A DNA stretch of 64,000 nt, taken from the NCBI RefSeq assembly GCF_031769215.1, contig NW_026782136.1:310001-374000 (forward strand), in the 5' to 3' direction. Positions within the stretch are counted from its first letter, which is position 1; every line of letters begins with the position of its first letter. The DNA comes from Ylistrum balloti (lineage: Eukaryota). Positions 39,001 through 49,910 of this stretch are shown here, piece by piece. The position numbers were made by a program, and so were the translations under genes. The notes under the pieces were generated by a model. It saw only the letters and a list, made by a program, of their open reading frames with translations. It ran no database searches and was not told the origin of the DNA.

Positions 39001-42000
39001 ATGACATGTGCCTGGGGAAGTTTAATGTCCACACATATGTGAAATGGAGGAATTAAGGGTATCACAAAGTGAATGGGTGGAGACACATACTGTAACATTG
39101 TCTATTGGGAGACAGACACACAATATAACATTGTCTAATGGAGACACACTTTAACATTGTCTAATGGAGAGACACACTGTAACATTGTCTAATGGAGACA
39201 CACACTGTAACATTGTCTATTGGGAGACAGACACACAATATAACATTTTCTAATGGAGAGAGACACATACTGTAACATTGTCTAATGGAGAGACACACTT
39301 TAACATTGTCTAATGGAGAGACACACTGTAACATTGTCTAATGGAGACACACACTGTAACATTGTCTATTGGGAGACAGACACACAATATAACATTGTCT
39401 AATGGAGAGAGACACATACTGTAACATTGTCTAATGGAGACACACTGTAACATTGTCTAATGGAGACACACACTGTAACATTGTCTAATGAAGAGAGACA
39501 CACACTGTAACATTGTCTAATGGAGAGAGACACACACTGTAACATTGTCTAATGGAAAGAGACGCACACTGTAACACTGTCTAATGGAGAAAGACACAGA
39601 CTGTAACATTTGTCTAATGGAGAGAGACACACATTTTAACACTGTCTAATGGAGAGAGACATGCACTGTAACATTTGTCTAATGGAGAGAGACACACACT
39701 GTAACATTGTCTAATGGAAAGAGACGCACACTGTAACACTGTCTAATGGAGAAAGACACAGACTGTAACATTTGTCTAATGGAGAGAGACACACATTTTA
39801 ACACTGTCTAATGGAGAGAGACATGCACTGTAACATTTGTCTAATGGAGACAGACACACTGTAACATTGTCTAATGGAGAGAGACACTGTAACACAAATC
39901 TGCTGGCCGCTGTCCTTTCACATCAGTACTAGACATCCAATGTAATTATGATACTATAATTGCATTCAGGATCACTGTATTGTGACATCAAAATTAACGC
40001 TCTTACCAGACATTCCATGTCTTGGCTGTTCTCATTACTTTACTTACTCCATCGTATGAAATGAAGTTTTATGTTCAGAATAACACAAATCCTGATTTAT
40101 AATATACTGTTGATAATGTAATTGTGAGTAATGATAACTTCACTAATTATAATTGACAATCAACAGGTGACATTTTGGTAAATCCCATGAGACTTTTTAG
40201 TGATGGTGTGTGTAGTGGACAAGTGATGGTGTGAGTAGTGGACAAGTGATGGTGTGAGTAGTGGACCAAAGACGGTGTGTGTAGTGTACAAATGATGGTG
40301 TGTGTAGTGTACAAGTGATGGTTTGTGTAGTGTACAAGTGATGGTGTGTGTAGTGGACAATTGATGGTGTGTGTAGTGGACAAGTGATGGTGTGTGTAGT
40401 GTACAAGTGATGGTGTGTGTAGTGTACAAGTGATGGTGTGTGTAGTGTACAAGTGATGGTGTGTGTAGTGGACAAGTGATGGTGTGTGTAGTGTACAAGT
40501 GATGGTGTGTGTAGTGTACAAGTGATGGTGTGTGTAGTGGACAAGTGATGGTGTGTGTAGTAGACAGAGATGGTGTGTGTAGTGGACAAGTGATGGTGTG
40601 CGTAGTGGACAAGTGATGGAGTGTGTAGTGGACAAGTGATGGTGTGTGTAGTGGACCAGTGATGGTGTGTGTAGTGTACAAATGATGACGTGTGTAGTGT
40701 ACAAGTGATGGTGTGTGTAGTGGACAAGTGATGGTGTGTGTAGTGTACAAGTGATGGTGTGTGTAGTGGACAATTGATGGTGTGTGTAGTAGACAGAGAT
40801 GGTGTGTGTAGTGGACAAGTGATGGTGTGTGTAGTGGACAAGTGATGGTGTGTGTAGTGGACAAGTGATGGTGTGTGTAGTGGACAAGTGATGGTGTGTG
40901 TAGTGGACCAGTGATAGTGTGTGTAGTGGACAAGTGATGGTGTGTGTAGTGGACAAGTGATGGTGTGTGTAGTGGTGTGTGTAGTGGACAAGTGATGGTG
41001 TGTGTAGTGAACAAGTGATGGTGTGTGTAGTGGACAAGTGATGGTGTTTCATTAGTGGCTGATATCCAGATACCCTACCTTCTCTCTCCTTTGACTAGTT
41101 TCTCCTTTGGCTCTGGTTAGTTCTGTGGAGTCAGAAGTGATACGTGCAGTAAGAACGGTTCTAGTGTGTACTTCATCCTTCACCTGTCGCCGGAGTGTTT
41201 CTACAGTCACCTGTCAATCACATCACATAGTGTTATAATGAAAAAAACATTTTGAGATAAAAAACAGAAATTTCTTTAAAATTTTATATCCAGAATTATT
41301 GTTATCAATATACATACACATGTAGGCAGAGACAATACTACTAATATATATGGATCTAGTGACCTAGGACACTGATTGTGACCTGTTGATCATGACCTTC
41401 AATATTTCTACCACTGATTTCATAAAACCTTGAGACATACTGGCCTGCTTTATATACTGACTTAGAAGTATTGACCTCCTGACCCTTGATGACCTACTGA
41501 CCCCTAATGACCTCCTGACCCCTGGTGACCTCCTGACCCCTGATGAACTCCTGACCCCTGATGACCTCCATGTCACTTACTAACCTTAAGGCTCTCCTCC
41601 GACTTGAATGCCTTTTCCTGTTCATTCTGAAGCTGGTCCCGGATACTGGTGTTGATATGCTGAACTTTGTGGTACTCCTCCATAGTAACAGTCATCTGTT
41701 GCTGAAGTTTCATTCTCTCCTTGTGGATACGAGCCACGTTCTTCTCATCGGCCACCTTCTGTCGCTCACTGTTAAACAAATGTTAGATAATCTTCATGTA
41801 GCATCAAAGCTGTACTGTTTCTTACCTTAAAACATCTGGAATCTTAATATGAAATCTTATTTCTACAAACATCACACAGACAATAACAGTAATTTATAAT
41901 CTGCAAGAAAAATACTACAAATGTTTGAAATAACAACACAAGATACCCAAAGGATTTCCTGGCCAATCAGTATTTTATTTATCATTAGGGTCTTGTTTTA

Positions 42001-45000
42001 AAATCTCTACCTTAATATTTTAAAATTAGGCCCTACCCTCCAGTGGCACCATCCTTTGTTTATACCATGTTATCCCCTACATGCACAACCCCAGCCTCTG
42101 CCTCCAGTCAAAGACCTATTCTTCATCTATATATAATTGACAGTATCCTTAATCGTCGTATGACTTACAACAAAATAACTTAGAATTCCTTAAGAAGATG
42201 AAGAAAATGGCTGATGCTGTTCCAGCTGAGCTAACCATCAAGTATCATAACATCAGACCCTAACAGTCTTTCTTACCAATCTTTAATCTTGTCTTGGTAG
42301 TCGTGTACTTCCATTTCAGCTTCTTGGTTCTTTAGAAGGATAGTCCGCAATTTGGAGTCATGTTGCTTCACTTTGGTCTCAAGTTCTGCTATTTTGTGGT
42401 CATTGGAACTTTTCTGAATTCACAGTATACTTAAAATCACAACAGGGCATTACTTTCAATATCACCAATACTCTGACAATCAATTATGTTAATAATAAAA
42501 AGATAACAGTATTTTTTTCTAAATGACCCTCGTTAACAAGAAGTGGATCTATACAGTTTTTTGACAATCAATTACATTTGATATAAATAAAAATAAAACA
42601 GAATTTTTTCTAAAAGACCATTATAACTAGGCAATATACTTATAAATTACCTTTGAATTCATCTCCTGTAAAAGCGATGCATTCTCATTTTCCAGTCGCT
42701 CACGCTCAAACTCTGCTTCGGCTATCTTGGACTGCAACTCAGTGACCTGTAAACGATGATAACTGAATCATGTATACAAAGTACAGTAACTCTAACATGT
42801 ACACACACTAGCATCGCTATAGAAACGACAGAGACAGTTGATGCTCCAGGAGGGTTAAATTAATTTGTATCACCTCCGCAACTATCTCACCACACAAATC
42901 ATTTCTATGAAGAATTTAGCACATTTTATCTTCTCCACAATATAAACTTACACAACTTAGATCTATTGACATTTATGAAGCCTGAATTCCCTCCCCAATA
43001 TGTAGTATTTCCACTTTTGAAGGCCTCCATTTCATCAATGATACAAACACTAGTGTCTTTTACTCACTTTTCTAGACTGCATCTCCTCAGCGACCTTGGC
43101 ATTCTCATATCTGACCTCTAACACAGTCAGTTCCTGTTCATTGTCCCTGAGTTGTTGGTTGGTGTCGTTGATTTGATGGGTATAAGCATTATGGGTCATT
43201 TTAGCCTCTGAGAGCTCCTCACTGTCAAAAACATAAGCACACATAAAGAAATATTGCTCTTCTACTGTCAAATCCTTAACCTTTACATGACCCCACTTAA
43301 TTGATTTGAAAACTGTTTTTAGTGAAAGCAGAGGTTAAAAGTCTGTGTAGGAAACAGATTCATATCCTGTAACCTCATGGTCAGATGATACTATTCATAA
43401 TTTGGTTGTAATGAAGCTGTTTTGTCTTAATGAAAATATCAGTCAATTGGACAAGCCCTGGTCCTGAGAAATTGGACGTAAATGTTGCTCTATACCATGT
43501 ACAACTGGACAAGCCCAGGTGAAGCTGGTGAAGCCATCTATTCCAAAGTGTTCAGGTGTGACCTTTGAGCCTTTCACCTTGATTGATTACCGCTAAAGAC
43601 TTAATAAGGTGTAGAATTTGATGTTGTAATATTATGATATGATTATGAACTTAATCAGTTCAGGGGTCACGAGATATCATAAGCTTGAGCTTTAGACTCA
43701 AGGACAGATGAACATACAGGCAAACAACTTACTACACTTGCATATTTTCATATATCTCCCATTACCTAGTAGAGGGGTGTAATAGGTTCTTCTAAACAGT
43801 TATTTTTAATATTTAATTAAGAGTAAAGAACTGGACAGATATTTACTCACCTTATAGTGGTCAATTCATCTTTGACCGTGTCCAGTTCTCGTTTGATATG
43901 TGATCGCTCAGTGTCAGCTTTCTGCATTGCCTCGCTGGACTTGGATGCTGTTTTCTCCTGTCGCTGTGTAGTGGTGTCAAGTTCAGTGACAGTCTAATAC
44001 AAAATACAAAAATGGATAAAGAGTCTTCTCAGAAACAGTTGATAAATTTTCTGATGTGTATATAGAATATCAATTCCAAGGAGCCAGACAGTCAGGAGTA
44101 TGTTGTAAGTGTAGACTTCGGTAACAAAATGTTCTGAAGTTTATAAAGAATATCAACTCCAGACAGCCAGACTTTGTGAAGTATATAATAAGTGTAGGCT
44201 ACAATAAGATATTCTGAAGTGTGTAGAGAATATCAATGTCAGACAGTCAGACATTGTGAAGTATATATTAAGTGTAGGCTACAATAAGATATTCTGAAGT
44301 GTGTAGAGAATATCAATGTCAGCCAGACATTGTGAAGTATATGTTAAGTGTAGGCTACAATAAGATATTCTGAAGTGTGTAGAGAATATCAATGTCAGCC
44401 AGACATTGTGAAGTATATATTAAGTGTAGGCTACAATAAGATATTCTGAAGTGTGTAGAGAATATCAATGTCAGACAGACAGACATTGTGAAGTATATAT
44501 TAAGTGTAGGCTACAATAAGATATTCTGAAGTGTGTAGAGAATATCAATGTCAGAAAGACAGACATTGTGAAGTATATATTAAGTGTAGGCTACAATAAG
44601 ATGTTCTGAAGTGAAGAATTTAACTTGAAGACTTACCTCAGTTTGTGCATTTTTTATTCTGGCCATAGCCTCCAATTCCAATTCTAATTTTTCTTCAACC
44701 AAAGGTCTAAAAAGAAAAAAAAAATGTTTACAACGAGAATAAATTGATTGTACATTATCATATATACATTATACAAACCATATTTATTCTGCCATATGCA
44801 GATTTTGCTGTTTTGGAGTTAAAATTGTCAAAGAACAGGAAATATGATTACATGATGTCACTCTTTTCCATGAAATTTTCAAGTTCAGTATTTGCTATGC
44901 AATCTTATGGCAAAAACAGAAAAAATAAGACAAGAAAATGCTGATACTAGTATACATTATACACATTGAAAATAACACGTTACAGGTTGCAATGTTTTAA

Positions 45001-48000
45001 AACTCTACAGAAAGTTTTGTTTAGTATTCATTTCATTGGTCATTTATGCATTAATCAGTCTTATTTTTCCTTTTTATTTAAGGAGCAAAACATCATACTA
45101 ATACAATAGAATGATAAGGCAGAATGGTACAAAAACTAAACAAAATTAGCGTGTCTTATTTGGATCATGAATCAGAAATTTAGAAGAATGGGTTCCTTTT
45201 AAAACAATGATTTTACAACAAAAAAATTGTAGTGACAAAGAAACACAAAATTTAACTTCATGCCAAATATCTGCAAACAGTTTTCTAATCCTAAACAGCT
45301 TCAACAAAATCTCTAAGGACCAATATCAAAGCTTGGCATTTTATTTGATCTTTAAACTCTAAATTAATTGACTAAACAAAATGGACTTTAAAAAATGTGA
45401 ACTGAAATCAAACATCAGATTCAAGAAAGTCCTGAATCATCAGCTTTTCCAACAGGAAAACAAATTTACATGTGTTTCTTGACGAAGGCTATGTCCTCAA
45501 TAAGTCTGGAGTTTAGAACCTCTGCTATGTTACATCGATCCTGCATGCGCTTGTCATTCCTAGTGGCGTAGGCAACATGCCATTGTAACTCATTCAGGTC
45601 CATGATACATGCCTCGTGTTCTGTTAAACAATGCAGGTATTAGACTTTAACATAGTGTTCTTACTTTGAACATATGTCACAATTCTATGGACATATGTCA
45701 CAATTCTATGGACATATGTCACAATTCTATGGACATATGTCACAATTCTATGGACATATGTCACTCTTCTATGGACATATGTCACTCTACTATGGACATA
45801 TGTCACTCTTCTATGGACATATGTCGCACTACTATGAACATATGTCACTCTACTATGGACATATCACACTACTATGGACATATGTCACTCTACTATGGAC
45901 ATATGTCACTCTACTATGGACATATGTCACTCTTCTATGGACATATGTCGCACTACTATGGACATATGTCACTCTACTACAGACATATCACACTACTATG
46001 GACATATGTCACTCTACTATGGACATATGTCACTCTTCTATGGACATATGTCACACTACTATGGACATATGTCACTCTACTATGGACATATGTCACTCTT
46101 CTATGGACATATGTCGCACTACTATGGACATATGTCACTCTACTATGGACATATCACTCTACTATGGACATATCACTCTACTATGGACATATGTCACACT
46201 ACTATGGACATATGTCACACTACTATGGACATATGTCACTCTACTATGGACATATGTCACACTACCATGGACATTTGTCACTCTACTATGGACATTTTTA
46301 CAAATCATAAGTTCATATGCCAATACATATATTGAAAGTAGGCTTGTCTCATTTTTTAGTGTATTAAAACAGAAATAGTGTGGAATGAGTTTTTTTTTCT
46401 GAAGAGTCAACACTGCCGTGTTTAATTTTCATTGAAATGTACAATTATTGTAGACCTGATAGGTGTAATTAGCTTTAAAGTATCAAATCAAAGGCCTATT
46501 CTGATAATATGTCATTACAATCCAGTAAATCATAAATTTGTCACCTTTCTGGACAACAGCTGGCATTTCCACCAAGCGTTTGAGACAGAGACGATCTATT
46601 TTCCCATTTAGTCGGATGACTTTTTCTTTTTCTTGCTCCAGTCTGTTGATCACTTCTTGACGATCATTTTCTAGTCGGGCCAGCAAGGTGATGACTTCAT
46701 CCACAACTTCCTCAGCACCAAGAAACGGTACATCCAGGCCTTCGTAGTCATCATCTGTAATCGTTCGCTTTGTGTTATACTTGGAAAATATTATGGACGA
46801 GTTCCTGACAGGGATAGTCATCAGAATAAGTGGACTGTGTGATTAAGTCTTTGTAAACTTCTTTTTAAAAGACACAGTTAATTGCATTTTATGTACCCAG
46901 GTGCATATATTTCCCAACTAGGTACATATCTACAAGATACAGTTTTTAAAATTCATTTTTGTTTTCATCAACATTTGTACACAGTGGCTATCTGTTTTGG
47001 CAGCCCTTGTAAAAGTGTAACCCAATGACATACACATTTTTCCCTACCTTTGTTAACCCCTGTACCCCTGATGGCAAGAGACCCTGCAGATGATGGCACT
47101 GATGTCATAGAGCTGCGAGTTTTCGCACTGGAAAGAAATTTTGAACCATCCTCACTGGACCTTGCAAATCTCAGCTGTTTTCTGCTTCCGGCTGAAAATT
47201 AGAAACATTTATGTGAGAAACATGGTGTATAATAAAGTTGCACTAAAAAAAATCAATCTTAAACTTAGGACATTCTAAGTAAAAGTAAGGTTGTTTTCCG
47301 GGAACTTATTCTACTCTGTCCAATACTTTTTTTAAGAACTATGTTTGTTATAACAGAGAGTTAATCAGTGAAGAAATAAATGATCTTATGCAATGACTGT
47401 AGATCTTGCCAATGATAAAGGTAAGCAGCCACACCAACTTGAAGACATCTTTATATTCAGATCTATTGATACAGAATTCTCCAGCAAGCATTTTAGTTTT
47501 GTCATCAGACAATAAAGTTGTCTGCTCAAACATCTTAATTTTGTAAACAGAATTTACAAATGACAAATTTGTTCCCAGAAAACTTTTGAATTTTGTCTAC
47601 AAGTGTCAAATTTGTCAACAGCAAACATTTTTACCTTCATGCATAGATGCACGACTCCTATTCTCTTCCTCACGTTCTCTAAACCATTCCTCTATAATGT
47701 TCTGAATAAGTTCCAGATGAGACACTGCCTTCTTCACACATGGGGAGGTTGTTTGTACAAGTTCACAACTCTTTCTACGCAGCAGCTTTCGTATTTTGGG
47801 CCAATTTTCTGGCAGTGGAAACACTTTGTCTGTAAGATTACACATCAGTTTGAATTAGGAACATGTTATGGTGATACACATATGAAAAAGCAGGAGAGAT
47901 TTTATCTTTTTTTTTTTTAATTCAACGAAAACAAATAAGTCAATAAATCCATAATAATTTTACACTATCTCTGTAACTAAAGATAAAACATAACTCATTT

Positions 48001-48663
48001 CATATACATATTAAAATAATATCAGGTTATTATATTTATGTTGCAAATTTTATTGATACCGGTAGTTCCTGGCTACCCTTGGCAGCGGAAATGTGATGTC
48101 CATTTATAAGTATCATATTGAAATGTCTTTTCGTCTACTCTGTTTTTCATTATACAGTCTACTTAGAAAAGAAAAAGACAGAAATACCTTCAGCTTCAAT
48201 TAACTCTAGATCATTTGCATCTTGATCTGAGCCGCTTGTACTGGCCACTGAAAGATAACAAATTAGAAACAGATGTAAACACTGTCTACTGGCCATGGAC
48301 AATTCTACCAGCTACCTAAATCTATGGTATAAAATCATAGTTTATAACACACACTGTATTTCCACTGAAATGTTTGTGACCTTTCTTCAAGGATAGTTCA
48401 TAAATGAATTAAAATTGATTTTACTGACCAGAATCATTGAACCCATAGAAAAACAGTTCTATCATATGAATTTACTGACCAGAATCATTGAACCCATAGA
48501 AAAACAGTTCTATCATTTGAATTATACAAAACATGTGTAGGAATACGTTACCTTGTAATGACTGGGAGCTGGCAACAAGAGCACTTTTGCTCTGTGTAAA
48601 CTGTGAACTGAAGGTTTCCCTGGGCTCCACATCTTCCAGCCTCACCACTTTTGTCATAGACAT
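26693..48663 (-). CDS. CCDC178: Gene model: coiled-coil domain-containing protein 178 orthologue, 22 coding exons, about 969 aa
   Basis: All junctions phase-consistent from ATG 48663 to TAA 26693, with one acceptor uncertain (46754). Motifs RRKSCELVQTTSPCVKKAVSHL, RLENDRQ...MPAVVQKEHEA...ELQWH and the C-terminal FKY...FMQTEMDG match vertebrate CCDC178 as recalled. Confidence 0.85.
27052..27168. repeat. 31-bp repeat, 3-4 copies, each carrying CAG|GTAGGT on the minus strand
   Basis: gacaagtgacctacctgttggtgaggtatca repeats abut the donor of exon 27164-27313. Confidence 0.9.
27164..27313 (-). CDS. CCDC178: CCDC178 exon
   Basis: ttttttataaag|GGT GAT...AAA CAG|gtaggt; 150 nt. Confidence 0.9.
27440..27590 (+). 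mobile_element. Degenerate SINE-like fragment
   Basis: gtaaagtgttttgccctaggacataac...ctaacca resembles a conserved SINE body motif (gtaaagtgtcttgcccaaggacacaac); recalled, not searched. Confidence 0.35.
27688..28282 (+). mobile_element. Putative non-autonomous Helentron-associated (HINE-like) element
   Basis: Starts aacaagag like the element at 31388 and ends in a short hairpin followed by an A run (ctccctctc...agaggtgatcttaaa). Confidence 0.3.
28351..28424 (-). CDS. CCDC178: CCDC178 exon
   Basis: cttcattttag|CT CGG ATT...TCT CAG|gtctgt; 74 nt; supplies the required phase 1 to 0 bridge. Confidence 0.8.
28530..30227. repeat. 22-bp minisatellite, about 75 copies
   Basis: Unit cacactatatacaYctccctac. 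Confidence 0.95.
30312..30397 (-). CDS. CCDC178: CCDC178 exon
   Basis: ttctgttgtag|T GAG CGC...TTA G|gtaaaa; 86 nt. Confidence 0.85.
30780..31260. repeat. 50-bp minisatellite, about 10 copies, made of exon end plus GTAAGT donor
   Basis: Unit acttacgtgaagtctgtgatggccttttgtgtactgtacaccaacataaa; copies at 30901 and 30951. Confidence 0.95.
31233..31378 (-). CDS. CCDC178: CCDC178 exon
   Basis: ttttacttatag|AAT GAA GTG...TTC AC|gtaagt; 146 nt. Confidence 0.9.
31388..32456 (+). mobile_element. Non-autonomous Helentron-associated (HINE/Pearl-like) element with an internal 89-bp tandem array of about 9 copies
   Basis: 5' aaacaagag; internal gggcaataattc and caagtttc; (ggac/agat) microsatellite cores; 3' hairpin tatgctctc...ggggagcata followed by aaa. 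Confidence 0.6.
32595..32708 (-). CDS. CCDC178: CCDC178 exon
   Basis: gatgtttcag|AAA AAG GAC...CTC AAG|gtaaga; 114 nt. Confidence 0.9.
34411..34464 (-). CDS. CCDC178: CCDC178 short exon (tentative)
   Basis: tgttttctgccag|CCT GTT AAG...ACA GAG|gtagag; 54 nt, symmetric; PVKEDLTGMYTLRRENTE. Confidence 0.55.
35545..35637 (-). CDS. CCDC178: CCDC178 exon
   Basis: ttcttttgacag|GCT AAA AAG...AAT GAG|gtaatc; 93 nt. Confidence 0.85.
35990..36017. repeat. (AT)n microsatellite preceded by (AC)n
   Basis: Direct reading of the sequence. Confidence 0.9.
37820..38778. repeat. 30-bp minisatellite, about 32 copies, with a 150-bp higher-order repeat
   Basis: Unit acagtgtaacactggtcagtcctaatgccW; tct variant at 38001, 38151, 38301, 38451 and 38601. 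Confidence 0.95.
38943..39011 (-). CDS. CCDC178: CCDC178 acidic exon (possible cassette)
   Basis: acttccccag|GCA CAT GTC...TAT CAG|gtaagt; 69 nt; AHVIVDEEDDSDDEDLSNSAQYQ. Confidence 0.7.
39080..39893. repeat. About 30-bp variable minisatellite, about 27 copies
   Basis: Unit gagacacacactgtaacattgtctaatgga with variable GA/CA lengths. Confidence 0.9.
40198..41047. repeat. 23-bp minisatellite, about 37 copies
   Basis: Unit gtggacaagtgatggtgtgtgta. Confidence 0.95.
41079..41210 (-). CDS. CCDC178: CCDC178 exon
   Basis: gtgattgacag|GTG ACT GTA...GAG AAG|gtaggg; 132 nt. Confidence 0.9.
41471..41570. repeat. 18-bp repeat, about 5 copies
   Basis: Unit gacctcctgacccctgat, just after the donor of exon 41585. 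Confidence 0.85.
41585..41768 (-). CDS. CCDC178: CCDC178 exon
   Basis: tttgtttaacag|T GAG CGA...CTT AAG|gttagt; 184 nt. Confidence 0.9.
42277..42413 (-). CDS. CCDC178: CCDC178 exon
   Basis: gtgaattcag|AAA AGT TCC...GAT TG|gtaaga; 137 nt. Confidence 0.9.
42651..42746 (-). CDS. CCDC178: CCDC178 exon
   Basis: atcgtttacag|GTC ACT GAG...TCA AAG|gtaatt; 96 nt. Confidence 0.9.
43068..43221 (-). CDS. CCDC178: CCDC178 exon
   Basis: gtttttgacag|T GAG GAG...AGA AAA|gtgagt; 154 nt. Confidence 0.9.
43851..43993 (-). CDS. CCDC178: CCDC178 exon
   Basis: ttttgtattag|ACT GTC ACT...ATA AG|gtgagt; 143 nt. Confidence 0.9.
44040..44612. repeat. About 80-bp minisatellite, about 6-7 copies
   Basis: Unit tgtaggctacaataagatattctgaagtgtgtagagaatatcaatgtcag(acag)Ncagacattgtgaagtatatattaag. 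Confidence 0.9.
44637..44706 (-). CDS. CCDC178: CCDC178 exon
   Basis: tttctttttag|A CCT TTG...ACT GAG|gtaagt; 70 nt. Confidence 0.9.
45470..45620 (-). CDS. CCDC178: CCDC178 exon (EHEA...ELQWH motif)
   Basis: ttgtttaacag|AA CAC GAG...CAC AT|gtaaat; 151 nt. Confidence 0.9.
45668..46305. repeat. 21-bp minisatellite, about 30 copies, with palindromic core GACATATGTC
   Basis: Unit atggacatatgtcactctact. Confidence 0.95.
46545..46754 (-). CDS. CCDC178: CCDC178 exon (acceptor uncertain)
   Basis: Donor AAA G|gtgaca is clear. The only phase-1-compatible acceptor I found is gattacag at 46755, although the frame stays open to 46834. DDYEGLDVPFLGAEEVVDEVITLLARLENDRQ... Confidence 0.75.
47048..47191 (-). 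CDS. CCDC178: CCDC178 exon
   Basis: ctaattttcag|CC GGA AGC...AAA G|gtaggg; 144 nt. Confidence 0.8.
47635..47829 (-). CDS. CCDC178: CCDC178 exon (RRKSCELV...PCVKK motif)
   Basis: aatcttacag|AC AAA GTG...GAA G|gtaaaa; 195 nt. Confidence 0.9.
48188..48247 (-). CDS. CCDC178: CCDC178 exon
   Basis: ttatctttcag|TG GCC AGT...GAA G|gtattt; 60 nt. Confidence 0.75.
48420..48530. repeat. Two-copy duplication of about 52 bp
   Basis: ttactgaccagaatcattgaacccatagaaaaacagttctatcat x2, just downstream of the donor at 48551. Confidence 0.85.
48552..48663 (-). CDS. CCDC178: CCDC178 first coding exon (exon extends to acceptor at 48704)
   Basis: ATG TCT ATG ACA...CAA G|gtaacg; MSMTKVVRLEDVEPRETFSSQFTQSKSALVASSQSLQ. 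Confidence 0.75.
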
Positions 48664-49700
48664 CTTGATAGTATGTCAGTTATTTTCTTCCATTTTAAAG
48701 TGACCTGAATATTTGACAAAACATTATATGAATATGTATTTATTAAAGCTAAAATAAGATATCATGTATAATCATCAATGTGAACATTAAGTGCCAGTCA
48801 ACTAAGTAGCTAAACAATTCCTCCAAACATTTCTGAAATATGTTTAGGAATTAAAATGCCTGTATGTGTGTGTAAACAGAACATCATTTATGGGCTAATG
48901 ATGAATATTATAGTTACTGATCTATAATTCCAGCAATTGCTTAAATTCAAACTGAGACTACATGAATTAAAAATCCATTCTCATTATGAGAGTGTTATAT
49001 ATTAAAATCATCAAAATAGTGATTTCCTCCGATTTCCAATTGAAGGCTTAGAAAACTTTATTTCAACATAATGTATAAATATCTTTAGTATAGCTGTGAA
49101 CCAGTTCAAAATGATAAAGCAGTAATGATATATGTAAAAATGTTCATCTTTTTGGATCCAAATGCATTTGCTTTTAGCCAGTTCCTATTTATTTACTTAG
49201 TCTTACTTATTCGCTACTGATCTCAAGCCTTTAGGCCTCTATATTCAGATCCAAATCCTTCATCTTAAGTGTAAGTTTATATTGGTCGTTTCTGTTCGGT
49301 ATGTATGATTTATTTAAACTGATATTATGAACCATATCTCTCCAGTGTTTATCCAGCCTGCTCTCAAAGGTGTTGAGTGTTGGTATTTATGTTATTTTTA
49401 TTTTTTTAAATTACATAATTCAGATATTTATAATGATTTGATTGAAATACCTCCTTGTTAAACCAAACAATTCTTTGTGTCGTAAAAGCAGTAAATCTGA
49501 GATCAATATTTATGGATTTTGATTCAAGGGACCTAACTTTGTTAGTAGCAAAGGTAGGTAGGCCTTTTAGACACGATATACATTAAGCTACAATCATTTC
49601 CGTTTCTCAATGTAATTATTTCGTTGGTTACGATCTATGAACAAGGGTTTTATCACTCAATGGTGTGTCTTGTACAAGGTTAATGTAGAATCAACATTAC

Positions 49701-49750
49701 CTATTGTTTCACGGTTTGTTTATCACTGTCCTCCATTTTGACGCCATTGC
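49701..49750 (-). other. CCDC178: Probable non-coding first exon of CCDC178 (5' end approximate)
   Basis: Donor caatag|gtaatg at 49700, immediately after a YY1-like caaaatgg. Confidence 0.5.
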
Positions 49751-49830
49751 AGTTTCCATGCAGGATTTTGTGTCGAGCTCGTTGATTGGATGTTCATATT
49801 ATCACGTGATTCTAACAAAAATGGCGCAGG
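49730..49830. promoter_or_regulatory. Compact bidirectional promoter between CCDC178 and ASXL
   Basis: Oppositely oriented YY1-like motifs (ccattttgacgccatt 49733-49748; aaaatggcg 49818-49826), palindromic E-box atcacgtgat 49801-49810, reverse CCAAT 49785-49789, RFX-like half site gtttccatg 49752-49760. Confidence 0.6.
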
Positions 49831-49910
49831 ATAGTTGGAGTCAGCTCTTTGTAAAGATATGACGACTGAATATTTACACTATTTTATTCAATTTTGCATT
49901 TGGATGCACA

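Noticed and set aside
37665-46413. Repetitive ORFs at 37665-38633, 40147-41052 and 45624-46413
   Set aside because: All are translations of intronic tandem repeats (30, 23 and 21 bp).
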